DNA from: Gemmatimonas sp.
GTDB lineage: Bacteria > Gemmatimonadota > Gemmatimonadetes > Gemmatimonadales > Gemmatimonadaceae
Reading direction: 5' to 3'
Length of the DNA: 64,000 nt
NCBI GenBank assembly: GCA_965279375.1
Contig: OZ257156.1
Location: 2,944,001 to 3,008,000, forward strand
In this document: positions 45,773 to 55,901 of the stretch, one piece after another
Layout of the letters: the number at the start of each line of letters is the position of its first letter
Numbering within the stretch: position 1 is the first letter of the stretch
The notes under the pieces: model-generated
The model's database searches: none
What the model was told of the DNA's origin: nothing
Seen by the model: the letters and a program-made list of their open reading frames with translations, nothing else
Position numbers and translations under genes: made by a program

Positions 45773-47581
45773 ATGCCGTTGTATCGCACTTCCCGTATTG
45801 CAGGACTCGCGGCGGGGCTCTCGCTCGTCGCGGCGTCGACTGCGTTCGCGCAGGCGGCACCCAAGCTCAACGTGTACGGCAGTCCGCAGCGTGTTGCGCC
45901 CGCGCCGACCAAGTCGACGATCGACGTGCGTGACCTGCAGATCCGTCTCTACCAGTTCGCCGACGATTCGATGCAGGGGCGCCAGGTTGGGCGCGCCGGC
46001 AACATGAAGGGCACGGACTACATCGCGGCTGAACTCAAGCGCATGGGACTGGTGCCGGCCGGCGACAACGGCACGTACTTCCAGACGCTGCCCTACCACG
46101 TGCGGAAGTTTACGAACCACTCACGTTTAACGATGGACGGCAATCCGCTGACGTTCAACGCGGAGTGGGTGGCGGTACCGGGCGCGCGTGCGCCCCGCGC
46201 GATCAGCAATGCCGAAGTGGTCTATGGTGGCGTTACCGGCGACTCGAGCACGTATGTGCCTGCGGCACAGACTGCAGGAAAGTTCGTCGTGATGGCGCCG
46301 GCGAATCGTCCGGCGCAGCCGCAGGGTGGTCGCGGCGGATTCGCTCCGCCGCCACCGTCACCGTATCCGGATGCTGCGGCGATCGCGACGGTGGATCTCG
46401 ATGCGCTGACACCGGCGCAGCGCGCGGCGATCAATGAGCCGACCGTTGCGTCGTCGGGTGCTGGCGGCCGCGGTGGTCGTGGTGGCGGCGCGCCGGGCGG
46501 TGCGGTCGATTCGCTGGCGTTGCTCAAGCAGCAGCTTGCCGCGTTCACTCCGCAGGCGGCGATCCGTCTCACGCGGGACGCGGCGACGCAGCTGTTCAAG
46601 GGGAAGCCCATCGACGCACTGAGCCCGGGCGCCAAGGGCGGTGTGGTGACGGCGTCACTCGACTTTGTCGAGTTGCCCACCGATTGGGCGCGCAACGTGG
46701 TGGCGATCGTGCCGGGCAGCGACCCGAAGCTCAAGAACCAGTACGTCGCCATTGGTGCGCACAACGACCACGTCGGCTTCGCCACACCGGTGGACAAGGA
46801 TTCGATTCGCGCCTACAACATCGCGAAGAATCGCTATCTGTTGGCGAACGGCATGGATCAGCTCAAGGCGTCGGGTGCGATGAACGCCGACGGCTGGAAG
46901 GTGAACATGGACAGCATTCGCAAGGTGTATCCGAAGCCGCGCATCGACTCGATCAACAACGGTGCGGACGACGACGGTTCGGGTTCGATGGGTGTGCTGG
47001 AGATCGCCGAGGCGATCTCGTCGATGCCGGTGAAGCCCAAGCGCTCGACGCTGTTCGTGTGGCACACGGGCGAAGAGGGTGGGCTGGTTGGCTCGGCGTT
47101 CTTCGTCGCCAACCCGACCGTGCCGCTCGACTCCGTGGTGGCGCAGATCAACGTGGACATGATCGGACGCGGTCGTGCGGAAGACTTGCCCGGCGGCGGC
47201 GATGACTACGTGGGCGTGGTTGGATCGTGGTTCGATTCCAAGGACTTGGGCGAGACCGTGCAGGCGGTGAACAAGAAGCGCGCCAAGCCGCTGGAGCTGG
47301 ACTACAAGTTCGACGATCCCATCGCGTGGGGTGGCTACAACAACATCTATGCGCGCAGCGATCACTACAACTACGCGCGCTCTGGTGTGCCGATCGCGTT
47401 CTTCTTCACGGGTTTGCATGGCGATTATCACCAGCGCAGCGACGAACCTGAGTTCATCGACTATCCGCACTACGCGAAGATCGCCAACTACCTCAAGGAT
47501 CTGACGGTCGAGGTGGGCAACGGTCCGCGTCCGCGCCTGAATGGCACGAAGCCGGCCAAGCCGCGCGTCATCACGCCGTAA
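45773..47581 (+). CDS. M28 family aminopeptidase, exported
   Basis: SD GGAG, signal peptide, GAHNDHVG, NGADDDGSG, GEEGGL.GS, NVDMIGR, RSDHY, DYH. Confidence 0.93.
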   Translation: MPLYRTSRIAGLAAGLSLVAASTAFAQAAPKLNVYGSPQRVAPAPTKSTIDVRDLQIRLYQFADDSMQGRQVGRAGNMKGTDYIAAELKRMGLVPAGDNGTYFQTLPYHVRKFTNHSRLTMDGNPLTFNAEWVAVPGARAPRAISNAEVVYGGVTGDSSTYVPAAQTAGKFVVMAPANRPAQPQGGRGGFAPPPPSPYPDAAAIATVDLDALTPAQRAAINEPTVASSGAGGRGGRGGGAPGGAVDSLALLKQQLAAFTPQAAIRLTRDAATQLFKGKPIDALSPGAKGGVVTASLDFVELPTDWARNVVAIVPGSDPKLKNQYVAIGAHNDHVGFATPVDKDSIRAYNIAKNRYLLANGMDQLKASGAMNADGWKVNMDSIRKVYPKPRIDSINNGADDDGSGSMGVLEIAEAISSMPVKPKRSTLFVWHTGEEGGLVGSAFFVANPTVPLDSVVAQINVDMIGRGRAEDLPGGGDDYVGVVGSWFDSKDLGETVQAVNKKRAKPLELDYKFDDPIAWGGYNNIYARSDHYNYARSGVPIAFFFTGLHGDYHQRSDEPEFIDYPHYAKIANYLKDLTVEVGNGPRPRLNGTKPAKPRVITP

Positions 47582-47601
47582 GGGTCAGCTCTGTAGATAC
47601 G

Positions 47602-47638
47602 AACGCCGCGTGCTTCTCGAGAGAGTGCACGCGGCGTT
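47602..47638. terminator. Hairpin between convergent genes (probable terminator)
   Basis: aacgccgcgtgc...gcacgcggcgtt, 12-bp stem followed by T-rich tgtgtttc. Confidence 0.7.
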
Positions 47639-47673
47639 TGTGTTTCGTGCCCGTGGTGCGCGACGCGCGCCCT

Positions 47674-48489
47674 TCAGCGCATTCTGAGTGCCGTCAGTCG
47701 CGTGTAGAAGATGTGCGAGTTCATTCCCGGGTTCGAGCCGCCGAAGCTCGCATTGGACACGTGGTGCAGCGTGTAGCCGAAGGCCACTCGCGTGCGTGGC
47801 GACGCCTGCCACTGCAGCGATGCGCCGGGAGACACGGTGAAGTTGGCCTGCGTGGCCTGGCCATACGGCACCACCTTGCTGAACCACGCGACGCCCGACG
47901 TGACCTGAACGACCGTGGAGAACCTCGGCGAATGCGGAATCTCCGCTTGCGCGCTGAGTGGAGAGATGCCGACTCCCCAGCTATCGTGGTCGAAGTAGCG
48001 CGCGGCCTGTTTGGGGTCAACGCGATGATCCGGCTCGCGAAGCACGGCAGGAATGCGTACTGGTGGCGCACTGCTGGAGACGAGCATCAGCGGGAGCGCT
48101 TCGGTAACCCAGCTGAAGCGCGCGCGATGCCAGGCGAAGAGGTCGCGTGTCCACTGCACGCCCAGGATGCGCATCGAGCCGCCCTGGATGGTCTCATTGT
48201 CGGACGCTGTCTGCGCGAGGACCGACCCGCCCAACCACACGTTGAATCCATCGCGCGGCGGCAGGCGCCGGAACGCACTGGCGTGCACGCCATCGCGTGC
48301 GACCGGCGCGGCGGTGGTGGCCGGCGCAGCGGGTGGGGTTGCGCCGGGACCCTGCGCCGCGAGCGGTGCGGCGCACAGGAGCGACGCGCCCGCGATGAGC
48401 GCAGCGGTACGCGTCGCGCGCCGTGCGGCGGTCGGCGCCGAACGATCGTGGGCCGGCACGTTGGCCCTCCCAGACGAGTGATGAACCAT
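47674..48489 (-). CDS. Acyloxyacyl hydrolase / PagL-like outer-membrane beta-barrel (lipid A deacylase family)
   Basis: Signal peptide, amphipathic strands, QANF, and HHVSNASFGGSNPGMN matching the H-x-S-N...N-P-G-x-N signature. Start uncertain. Confidence 0.78.
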   Translation of the reverse strand: MVHHSSGRANVPAHDRSAPTAARRATRTAALIAGASLLCAAPLAAQGPGATPPAAPATTAAPVARDGVHASAFRRLPPRDGFNVWLGGSVLAQTASDNETIQGGSMRILGVQWTRDLFAWHRARFSWVTEALPLMLVSSSAPPVRIPAVLREPDHRVDPKQAARYFDHDSWGVGISPLSAQAEIPHSPRFSTVVQVTSGVAWFSKVVPYGQATQANFTVSPGASLQWQASPRTRVAFGYTLHHVSNASFGGSNPGMNSHIFYTRLTALRMR

Positions 48490-48690
48490 GCAGCAATCTC
48501 GACAGTACGGTGCGGATTGGCAAATCGACGTGGTAGTCAACGGACACCGCGCCGTTGCAGAACGGAGATACTTCTTTACGCGGGCGTCGTGCGTTCCCCG
48601 CCGCGTTGTGACCTGTGTATCCGAGCTTGGGCCTTCGATCCGCAGCATCCACCTGCTGATCACCCCAACCTTTCGGAGCATCGACAGATC

Positions 48691-51024
48691 ATGCGTCATC
48701 CCCTCCTTACTGTTGCTGGCGTCGCGCTCTGCGTTTCGCAGCTCGGCGCGACCCCGCTCGGCGCACAGCAGCCGACCGCGCCGACCGCCAAGAAGGACAC
48801 CACCCAGAAGCTCGGCGCCGTGACAATCACCGCGACCGCATCAGGGCAGGGTGAATCGCGCGCCGCCAACGCATTGACCAAGAGCGAGCTGCAGGAGCGT
48901 CCCGCCGGAACGACGGCGCTCAAGGCGCTCGAGCGACTGCCGGGCGTGAACTTCAACAGCTCGGATCCGTGGGGCCAGTACGAATGGTCCAACCGTATCA
49001 CGATGCGAGGCTTCCAGACGCAACAGGTTGGTCAGACCTTCGACGGCCTGCCGCTTGGCGACATGAGCTACGGCAACTTCAACGGGCTCGGAATCGGTCG
49101 CGCGGTGGATTCCGAGAACCTCGGTGGCGCGAGCGTGGCGCAGGGCAGCGGGGCGCTTGGCACCTCATCCGCGAACAACCTGGGCGGTGTGGTGCAGTAC
49201 GCCTCCGATGCGCCAGCCGCGCGGCGCACGTTGCTGCTCAAACAGACGGTCGGCGGCGCCAACACCTATCGCACGACCGGCCGCTTCGACACGGGCTTCT
49301 GGAGCTCGGGCGAGAATGGTGCGAGCGCGTACGTGAGCTTCACGCGGCAGGACAATGACAAGTGGAAGGGCGGCGGCCAGGCCGCGTCGCCAGTGAACAA
49401 GGGCATTCTCGGTCGCAATGGCCTCTTCCGCGATGGCGAAACGTGGCTCGAGCAGATCAACGCCAAGGCCGTCGCGTATCTGGGCAGCGCGAAGTTCACG
49501 GGCTTCTACTCGTTCTCCAATCGCAGCGAAGCGGACTATGTGGACCTCACGCTCGCGCGTTACAAGCAGAGCGGCCGCGAGTGGGATCAGTTCAGCGATT
49601 GGAATCTCGCGAAGCAGTACGCCAGCACGTCGGGTCAGGAAGACGAAGCGTACTGGCAGTCGTCGTTGGGCGCGCGTCGCGACAACCTCGCGTACGCACT
49701 CGCTGACTTCTCACTGGGCGAGAATGCGCACCTGACCGTGCAGCCGTACTTCCACGCGAACAAGGGTAACGGCGATTGGCACGCGCCGACCTACGGTCCG
49801 AGCACGTGGAGCAAGGATCCGATCTTCTTCCGTCAGACGCAGTACGACGGACAGCGCACCGGCACCAATGCCAAGTTCACCACGACGCTGGCGGGTAACG
49901 CAATCGAGGCGGGCCTCTGGTACGAGAGCAACACGACGAACATTCGTCGTCAGGGGTGGGGCCTGGTGAACTATCAGACTGGACCGGCGGTGGACTTCAA
50001 CAACAACATCCGCCTGTTCTTCGATCGTACCGGCGACATCACCACCACGATGATGTACGCGCAGAACACGAACGTCTTCGCCAGCAACCGGCTCAAGCTG
50101 ACGTATGGCGCCAAGTACCTGAATGTGCAGGCCGATTTCAAGAGCAACGGCAACACGTCCAACGCCAAGACGTTCGGCGATCCTAACCGCCCGTCGTTGA
50201 GCGTCACCGCCAAGGGCGAGTTCCTGCCGCAGCTGGGCGCGATCTGGATGCTCAACGGCACCGAGCAGCTGTTCGCGAACTACTCCGAGAATGTGAATCA
50301 GTATCCGCTCAGCCCGCAGTCGGGCATCTACAACCTGTCGGCTGGCGGCTTCGATGCGTTCAAGGCCAACACGAAGCCCGAGCGCGCGACCTCGATCGAC
50401 CTCGGCGTGCGGACGCGCCGTGAGAAGTTGGAGGCGTCCATCTCCGGTTACGCGATCGACTATCGCAATCGTCTCGTCGCGACGGCCAACTGCCAGCTCA
50501 CCGCGACTTGCGCGTCAGTGATCTCGAACGTCGGTACGGTGTCGTCGTATGGCATGGAAGGCTTGCTGAACCTCAATCTCAACAAGGCGCTCAGCTGGGC
50601 CAACAGCGCGTCGTTCAACAGCTCCAAAATCAACGACGACTACAAGACCGGCACGAGCACGATCAAGTCGGGTGGGAAGAACGTCGTCGATGCGCCGCAG
50701 CTCATGGCCAGCAGCACGATGCGCTTTGCGCAGCAGGGTTGGAATGGCTCGTTGGGTGCGCGCTTCGTCGACAAGCGCTACATCACGATCGAGAACGATC
50801 TCTCGGTGCCGTCGTACACCACGATGGACCTCGGCGCCGGCTATCTGTTTGCCAACATCGGCAAGGCCAAGAACGTGTCGGTTCAGCTCAACGTCGTGAA
50901 CCTGTTCGACACGGACTACATCGGGTCGGTGGGGACCGGTGGCTTCGCGGCGCGCGGCGACATTCAGACGCTGCAGAACGGCGCACGGCGCATGGTCTTC
51001 CTCTCGTTGGGCTCCAGCTTCTAG
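48691..51024 (+). CDS. TonB-dependent receptor
   Basis: SD GGAG, signal peptide, TonB-box-like AVTITA, plug LERLPGV...ITMRGF...FDGLP, NVVNLFD, terminal Phe. Confidence 0.93.
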   Translation: MRHPLLTVAGVALCVSQLGATPLGAQQPTAPTAKKDTTQKLGAVTITATASGQGESRAANALTKSELQERPAGTTALKALERLPGVNFNSSDPWGQYEWSNRITMRGFQTQQVGQTFDGLPLGDMSYGNFNGLGIGRAVDSENLGGASVAQGSGALGTSSANNLGGVVQYASDAPAARRTLLLKQTVGGANTYRTTGRFDTGFWSSGENGASAYVSFTRQDNDKWKGGGQAASPVNKGILGRNGLFRDGETWLEQINAKAVAYLGSAKFTGFYSFSNRSEADYVDLTLARYKQSGREWDQFSDWNLAKQYASTSGQEDEAYWQSSLGARRDNLAYALADFSLGENAHLTVQPYFHANKGNGDWHAPTYGPSTWSKDPIFFRQTQYDGQRTGTNAKFTTTLAGNAIEAGLWYESNTTNIRRQGWGLVNYQTGPAVDFNNNIRLFFDRTGDITTTMMYAQNTNVFASNRLKLTYGAKYLNVQADFKSNGNTSNAKTFGDPNRPSLSVTAKGEFLPQLGAIWMLNGTEQLFANYSENVNQYPLSPQSGIYNLSAGGFDAFKANTKPERATSIDLGVRTRREKLEASISGYAIDYRNRLVATANCQLTATCASVISNVGTVSSYGMEGLLNLNLNKALSWANSASFNSSKINDDYKTGTSTIKSGGKNVVDAPQLMASSTMRFAQQGWNGSLGARFVDKRYITIENDLSVPSYTTMDLGAGYLFANIGKAKNVSVQLNVVNLFDTDYIGSVGTGGFAARGDIQTLQNGARRMVFLSLGSSF

Positions 51025-51069
51025 TCCGCGCTCGAGACGAGCTGCGATTCGGCTCGTCCCGAAAACATC

Positions 51070-51103
51070 ACGCCCCCGATCTGCTGCGGCAGGTCGGGGG
51101 CGT
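51070..51103 (+). terminator. Hairpin downstream of the TonB receptor
   Basis: acgcccccgatctgc-tgcg-gcaggtcgggggcgt, 15-bp stem with one G-U pair. Confidence 0.68.
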
Positions 51104-51215
51104 CGTGTTGCTGCGCTATGGCACCATGCCATATTTCGTCGGTACAAGAGCCGTGACGCGGGTGGTACTGTCGCGTCGACGGAAGACCGGACGATTCAAC
51201 AAGGACGAAAGCGGC

Positions 51216-51677
51216 ATGGCGGCAGACGAGGGGCAGGGGAGCACGGGAGAGTCGGGGGGCGAACTGCCCACGGAACTGCCGGTGGCATCGGCGAACGATC
51301 TGGCCAAGCTCGATCGCGCGCGCAATGAGCTCCTGCGGGTGCACCGGGCGCTTCTCGAGACCGAGCGGATGCGCTATGAAAAAGTGCATGGCCGTGTCGC
51401 CAACAACAGCGCATTTCTTCAGCTGGTTATCGCCGATCCGTGGTTCGAGTGGCTGCGTCCGATGGCGCAGCTGGTGCTCCTCATCGACGAACGCACCAGC
51501 GACAAGAAGTCCAAACTCGGCACCGAAGAGGCCTCCTCTCTCTTCGAGCGTGCACGTGGGCTGCTGCGCGCGGACGCCGAGGGAGATCTGTTCCAACGCC
51601 TGTTCGCGGAGTCGGTCCAGCATTCGCCGTCGTTGGCGGTGTTGGCGCGGCAGGTAGCGGCCAGCCTCGCGAACTGA
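51216..51677 (+). CDS. Conserved hypothetical helical protein
   Basis: LLRVHRALLETER..YE..HG...FLQLVI.DP.F.WLRP. Abuts the next gene. The upstream part of the ORF-track frame is shadow sequence. Confidence 0.75.
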   Translation: MAADEGQGSTGESGGELPTELPVASANDLAKLDRARNELLRVHRALLETERMRYEKVHGRVANNSAFLQLVIADPWFEWLRPMAQLVLLIDERTSDKKSKLGTEEASSLFERARGLLRADAEGDLFQRLFAESVQHSPSLAVLARQVAASLAN

Positions 51678-52817
51678 GTGAACCCCGTGTCCCGCAGGAC
51701 TACGCGCATGCTGCTGGTGTGTGCGTCGTTGCTGGGGGGAGCGCTTGGCTGCTCGTCAGGCCCGTCGTTCGGCTTGCGACGGCAGGCGCCGGTGCCGCCG
51801 CCGGCTAGCTACGCAGAACAGTTCGATGTCTTGTGGGAGCGGTTTCAGTCGCTCTATCCATCGTTCGGCTATAAGGGCGTGGACTGGCGCGGCCAACGCG
51901 TCGCGTATCGAGATCGTGCGCTGCACGCTCGGTCGCAGGATGAGTTCATCGCGATCGCTCGTGAGATGCTCGCGCCGCTACACGACCTGCATGTCTGGTT
52001 CGTGGATCCGCGCGGCCAGGTCGTGCCCACGTATCGCCCGCCAACCGTCGCCAACTTTGAGCGGTCGCGCTGGGAGCGTACGCTGCGGGATGCCGGCGCG
52101 GTCAATCGCGGCGGTGATGTGCGCGAAGCGGTAGTGGGTGGCTACGGCTACCTGTTCATCGGCTCATGGAAGTCTCCAAACGACGCTGCGTCGCTCGACA
52201 TGTCGCTGGCGCGTTTGCGCGATCTGCCGGGGCTGATCATCGACGTGCGTACCAACGGCGGCGGCATCGACGCGACGGCGCTGTCGCTCGTCTCGCGCTT
52301 TGCGTCGACGCCGTTCGCCGCATCCTACGTGCAGGTGCGCAATGGCCCGTCGGCTGGCGACCTCGATGAACCGACCGCGCGCATGGTTAACCCGCGCGGT
52401 GCGTGGCAGTACACCCGTCCGGTAGTGATCATCGCGGGGCGCGCAGGCTTCAGCGCCACGGAGAGCTTTGTCGCTGCGATGCGCACACTCCCGCAAGTCA
52501 CCGTCATCGGCGACACCACGGGCGGCGCCTCCGGCAATCCCGCCATGTTTTCACTCGGCCGCGGGTGGCAGTTCACCGTGCCGCGCTGGCTCGAGTATGG
52601 CCCGGACCACAAGCCGATCGAGGGGCGCGGCGTGGCGCCGCAGCTGCCGATCTCCTGGTCGCCATCGCAGTACGCGCGTGGCCGCGATCCACTCATCGAC
52701 GCTGCGGTCGGTCTGCTTGGCGAGCGCAACGGCCTCTATCGCATGGCGCCCGCAGCGGGACCGAATGGCCCTGCTGATGAGCCCAAGTCAGCGCCGAGTG
52801 GCACGCGTGGACGCTGA
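51678..52817 (+). CDS. S41 family peptidase, probable lipoprotein
   Basis: Lipobox-like ALGC, LHDLH, LIIDVRTNGGG, FSATESF, GDTTGG, IEGRGVAP. Confidence 0.9.
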   Translation: MNPVSRRTTRMLLVCASLLGGALGCSSGPSFGLRRQAPVPPPASYAEQFDVLWERFQSLYPSFGYKGVDWRGQRVAYRDRALHARSQDEFIAIAREMLAPLHDLHVWFVDPRGQVVPTYRPPTVANFERSRWERTLRDAGAVNRGGDVREAVVGGYGYLFIGSWKSPNDAASLDMSLARLRDLPGLIIDVRTNGGGIDATALSLVSRFASTPFAASYVQVRNGPSAGDLDEPTARMVNPRGAWQYTRPVVIIAGRAGFSATESFVAAMRTLPQVTVIGDTTGGASGNPAMFSLGRGWQFTVPRWLEYGPDHKPIEGRGVAPQLPISWSPSQYARGRDPLIDAAVGLLGERNGLYRMAPAAGPNGPADEPKSAPSGTRGR

Positions 52818-53985
52818 CACGCTGTCCGCGCAGCGCGCGCCGGATCTGTTCGTGGACGGCCCCAACCTTCCAGTGTGGGACGATGCACGCTGGCGTCCGC
52901 TGCCAGCGCTCGAAGGAAACGTGGTCGCCGATACGTGCGTCATCGGCCTGGGTGGGTCGGGGCTGACGGCCATCGAGGAGCTGCTCGCGCGCGGACAGCG
53001 CGTGGTTGGCATCGACGCGGCCGATGTGGCGGCGGGAGCGGCCGGTCGGAACGGCGGCTTTCTGTTGGCGGGTGCCTACGACTTCTACCACGACGCGGTG
53101 CGGCTGCATGGTCGCGAACGCGCACAGTCGATTTATCAGGCGACGCTTGGGGAAATGCAACGCATTGCCGAGGCCGCGCCTGGCACCGTGCGCTTTGTTG
53201 GGTCGCGGCGCATTGCAGCAAGCGCGGCCGAGACTGAGGATTGTCGCGAACAGCTGCGCGTGATGCAGGCGGACGGCCTGCCGTGCGAGTGGTACGAGGG
53301 TGATGACGGCGTCGGGCTGACCATCCCGACCGATGCGTCATTCAATCCGCTGGCGCGCTGCCGCATACTCGCACAGCGAGCGATGTCAGAGGGCGCGCAG
53401 CTGTTCGCTCGTTCTCCCGTCACGGCGATGACGCGCGGGCGCGTGGAGACGCCTCACGGCGTCGTGACCTGCGAGCGCGTGATCGTGGCGGTGGACGGCG
53501 GACTCGAGCTGCTGTTGCCGGAGCTGGTCGGTCGGGTGCGCACGGCGCGGCTGCAGATGCTCGCCACCGCGCCCACGTCCGAGCGGACGGTGCCGTGTCC
53601 GATGTACTACCGCGAAGGCTACGAGTACTGGCAGCAGCTTGAGGACGGCTCGATCGCGATCGGTGGATTCCGCGACAAGGCCGGCCCCAGCGAATGGACT
53701 ACCGACGCCCGCCCAACCGAACTGGTGCAAGGGATGCTCGAGGCGTTCCTGCGCGAGCAGTTGGGCGTGCAGGCGCCGATCACGCACCGATGGGCGGCGC
53801 GTGCGGCGTTCTCGTCCACGGGGCTGCCGGTGCTGGCGCAGGTACGCGACGGCATCTGGGCGATTGGCGCCTACAGTGGCACGGGTAACGTGATCGGGGC
53901 GCTGTGCGGACGTGCGGTGGTGGCGCTGGCCGTCGACGGCAACCGTGCGCCAGCGCACGCCCTCGTGGGTGCGGCCGCGGGATAA
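52777..53985 (+). CDS. FAD-dependent oxidoreductase (DAO/PuuB-like)
   Basis: VIGLGGSG, GAAGRNGG, FNP, YSGTG. Start ATG 52777 or GTG 52807. Confidence 0.88.
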   Translation: MSPSQRRVARVDADTLSAQRAPDLFVDGPNLPVWDDARWRPLPALEGNVVADTCVIGLGGSGLTAIEELLARGQRVVGIDAADVAAGAAGRNGGFLLAGAYDFYHDAVRLHGRERAQSIYQATLGEMQRIAEAAPGTVRFVGSRRIAASAAETEDCREQLRVMQADGLPCEWYEGDDGVGLTIPTDASFNPLARCRILAQRAMSEGAQLFARSPVTAMTRGRVETPHGVVTCERVIVAVDGGLELLLPELVGRVRTARLQMLATAPTSERTVPCPMYYREGYEYWQQLEDGSIAIGGFRDKAGPSEWTTDARPTELVQGMLEAFLREQLGVQAPITHRWAARAAFSSTGLPVLAQVRDGIWAIGAYSGTGNVIGALCGRAVVALAVDGNRAPAHALVGAAAG

Positions 53986-54083
53986 CCGGGCGGTGAGGCT
54001 GTAGGACGCCGCCGGAGGCTGTACATTGCGACGCGGCTCGTCCCCTCTCTGCCGCGCTGCAGTCGAAGTCTCTTCCCTCAGCG

Positions 54084-54521
54084 ATGCTCCTTCCGCTCCG
54101 TCCACTCCTCATGGCCTCGTTGCTCGCCCTGTACTGGCATGCGCCACAACAAGCGACCGCGGACAACGTGCTCGCGGCGTGCCCCGATACGCCCAATTGC
54201 GTATCGACAGAGGCGACGCGCGAGTCGCAGCGTGTGCCCACGGTCGCGTTCGCCGACAGCCCGACCGCGGCGCTGGCGCGCGCACGAGCGGCGGTGCTGG
54301 CCGAGCCGCGCAGCAAGATCACGGTGGAGCGGGCGGGGTACGTACGTGCGGAGTGTCGCAGCATGATCTTCCGCTTCGTTGACGACGTAGACGTTGTGGT
54401 CGATTCGCAGGCGCACGTCTTTCGCTTTCGCTCGGCGTCGCGCGTAGGGCGGAGCGATCTGGGTGTCAATCGCAAGCGCGTGGCGCGCATCGCCGAACGC
54501 CTGAAGACGGTGACACCGTGA
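54084..54521 (+). CDS. DUF1499 family protein
   Basis: CPDTPNCVST, FRFVDDV, RSASRVGRSDLGVNRKR. Confidence 0.92.
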   Translation: MLLPLRPLLMASLLALYWHAPQQATADNVLAACPDTPNCVSTEATRESQRVPTVAFADSPTAALARARAAVLAEPRSKITVERAGYVRAECRSMIFRFVDDVDVVVDSQAHVFRFRSASRVGRSDLGVNRKRVARIAERLKTVTP

Positions 54522-54531
54522 GTGTGTGCGT

Positions 54532-55020
54532 ATGAGTGACACGACGATTCGCTCGGCGACGGCGGCCGACGTTCCGCTGATTCGCGAGCTGATTGAAGGG
54601 TTGGCCGAGTACGAGAAGCTGCGACACGAGTGTGTGGCAAGCGATGCGTTGTTGCACGAGTCGCTGTTTGGAGCGCGCCCCTACGCCGAAGTGCTGATCG
54701 CGGAACGCGATGGTGCCGCGGCGGGCTTCGCGCTCTTCTTTCACAACTATTCGACGTTTCTGGCGCGCCCGGGGATCTACCTCGAGGATCTGTATGTGCG
54801 CCCCGAGTGCCGCGGGCATGGTGTAGGGAAGACGCTGCTTCGGCGACTGGCAGCGTTGGCGGTGGAACGGAACTGCGGTCGCCTCGAGTGGTCCGTGTTG
54901 AACTGGAACACGGACGCGATCGGCTTTTACGAACAGTTGGGCGCTCGTCCGCAGGATGAGTGGACTGTCTACCGCGTCACCGGCGATGCCCTGACGCACC
55001 TCGCAAACGGAGAAGCGTGA
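54532..55020 (+). CDS. GNAT N-acetyltransferase (spermidine/diamine acetyltransferase-like)
   Basis: LAEYEK, NYSTF, IYLEDLYV.PE.RG.GVG, RLEWSVLNWN..AIGFY. Confidence 0.92.
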   Translation: MSDTTIRSATAADVPLIRELIEGLAEYEKLRHECVASDALLHESLFGARPYAEVLIAERDGAAAGFALFFHNYSTFLARPGIYLEDLYVRPECRGHGVGKTLLRRLAALAVERNCGRLEWSVLNWNTDAIGFYEQLGARPQDEWTVYRVTGDALTHLANGEA

Positions 55021-55901
55021 TGAGTGACCAATTCGTGCGGGCGACGACGCGCCGCGATGTGTTGCGTCTGCTGGCCGCGGGCGTGGCGGGTGGTACGCTG
55101 ATGCCCTCGCTCGCCAAGGCGGCGTCGCGTGATGGAGTGTGGGGCGCGGAGTCGCGCCGCATCGATCACATCGGCTTGCAGCTGTACACGGTGCGTGACG
55201 CGATGGCGAAGGATCTCGAAGGAACCATCGCGGCGGTGGCGGCGGCTGGGGTGACCGATCTCGAGTTCGCCGGCTACTACGACAAGGATCCGACGTGGTG
55301 GAAGGCGACGCTCAAGAAGTACAACCTGACCGCACCGTCGGCGCACTTGCCGTTGCCGGAAACGGACGCCGGTTGGGACAAGCACATGGAGCTGGCGAAT
55401 GCGATGGGGCACAAGATCGTGATCATGCCGTACCTGTTGCCCGATCAGCGCAAGACCAAGGATGACTGGAAACGTGTTGCAGATCGCTTGAACGTCGGCG
55501 GCACCAAGGCGAAGGCGGCCGGGCTCGAGTTCGGCTATCACAATCACGACTTCGAATTTGCGCCGATCGAGGGCACGACGGGGTGGGACATCATCACGTC
55601 GCAGGCGGACAAGTCGCTCGTGCACCTGGAGATGGACCTGTACTGGACGGTGAAGGCGGGGAAGGATCCCGTGGCACTGATGGAGCAGCACAAGGGCCGC
55701 GTGACTTGCTGTCACGTGAAGGACATGGGGCCTGCCCCGAAGAAGGATTTCGCCGATGTGGGCGCCGGCTCGATCGATTTCAAGACGATCCTGACCAAGG
55801 GGCGCGCGCTTGGGCTCAAGCACTGGTTCATCGAGCGCGACGTGTCGCCCGATCCGCTCGCGAGCGTGCGTGCCGGCGCACTCGCGATGAAGAAGCTGTG
55901 A
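55020..55901 (+). CDS. Sugar phosphate isomerase/epimerase (TIM barrel) with Tat signal
   Basis: TRRDVL Tat motif, GLQLYTVRD, YHNHDFEF, EMDLYW, HVKD, FIERD. Confidence 0.9.
   Translation: MSDQFVRATTRRDVLRLLAAGVAGGTLMPSLAKAASRDGVWGAESRRIDHIGLQLYTVRDAMAKDLEGTIAAVAAAGVTDLEFAGYYDKDPTWWKATLKKYNLTAPSAHLPLPETDAGWDKHMELANAMGHKIVIMPYLLPDQRKTKDDWKRVADRLNVGGTKAKAAGLEFGYHNHDFEFAPIEGTTGWDIITSQADKSLVHLEMDLYWTVKAGKDPVALMEQHKGRVTCCHVKDMGPAPKKDFADVGAGSIDFKTILTKGRALGLKHWFIERDVSPDPLASVRAGALAMKKL

Noticed and set aside
47638..48690. 351-aa N-terminal extension of the TonB receptor in the ORF track
   Set aside because: It is antisense to the PagL-like gene. SD and signal peptide support a start at 48691. Similar spurious extensions affect ORFs starting at 9907, 13137, 41381, 45458, 50508, 52468, 55583 and 59640.
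48490..48690. Riboswitch upstream of the TonB receptor
   Set aside because: No recognisable cobalamin or TPP consensus by eye. An Rfam/Infernal scan would be decisive.
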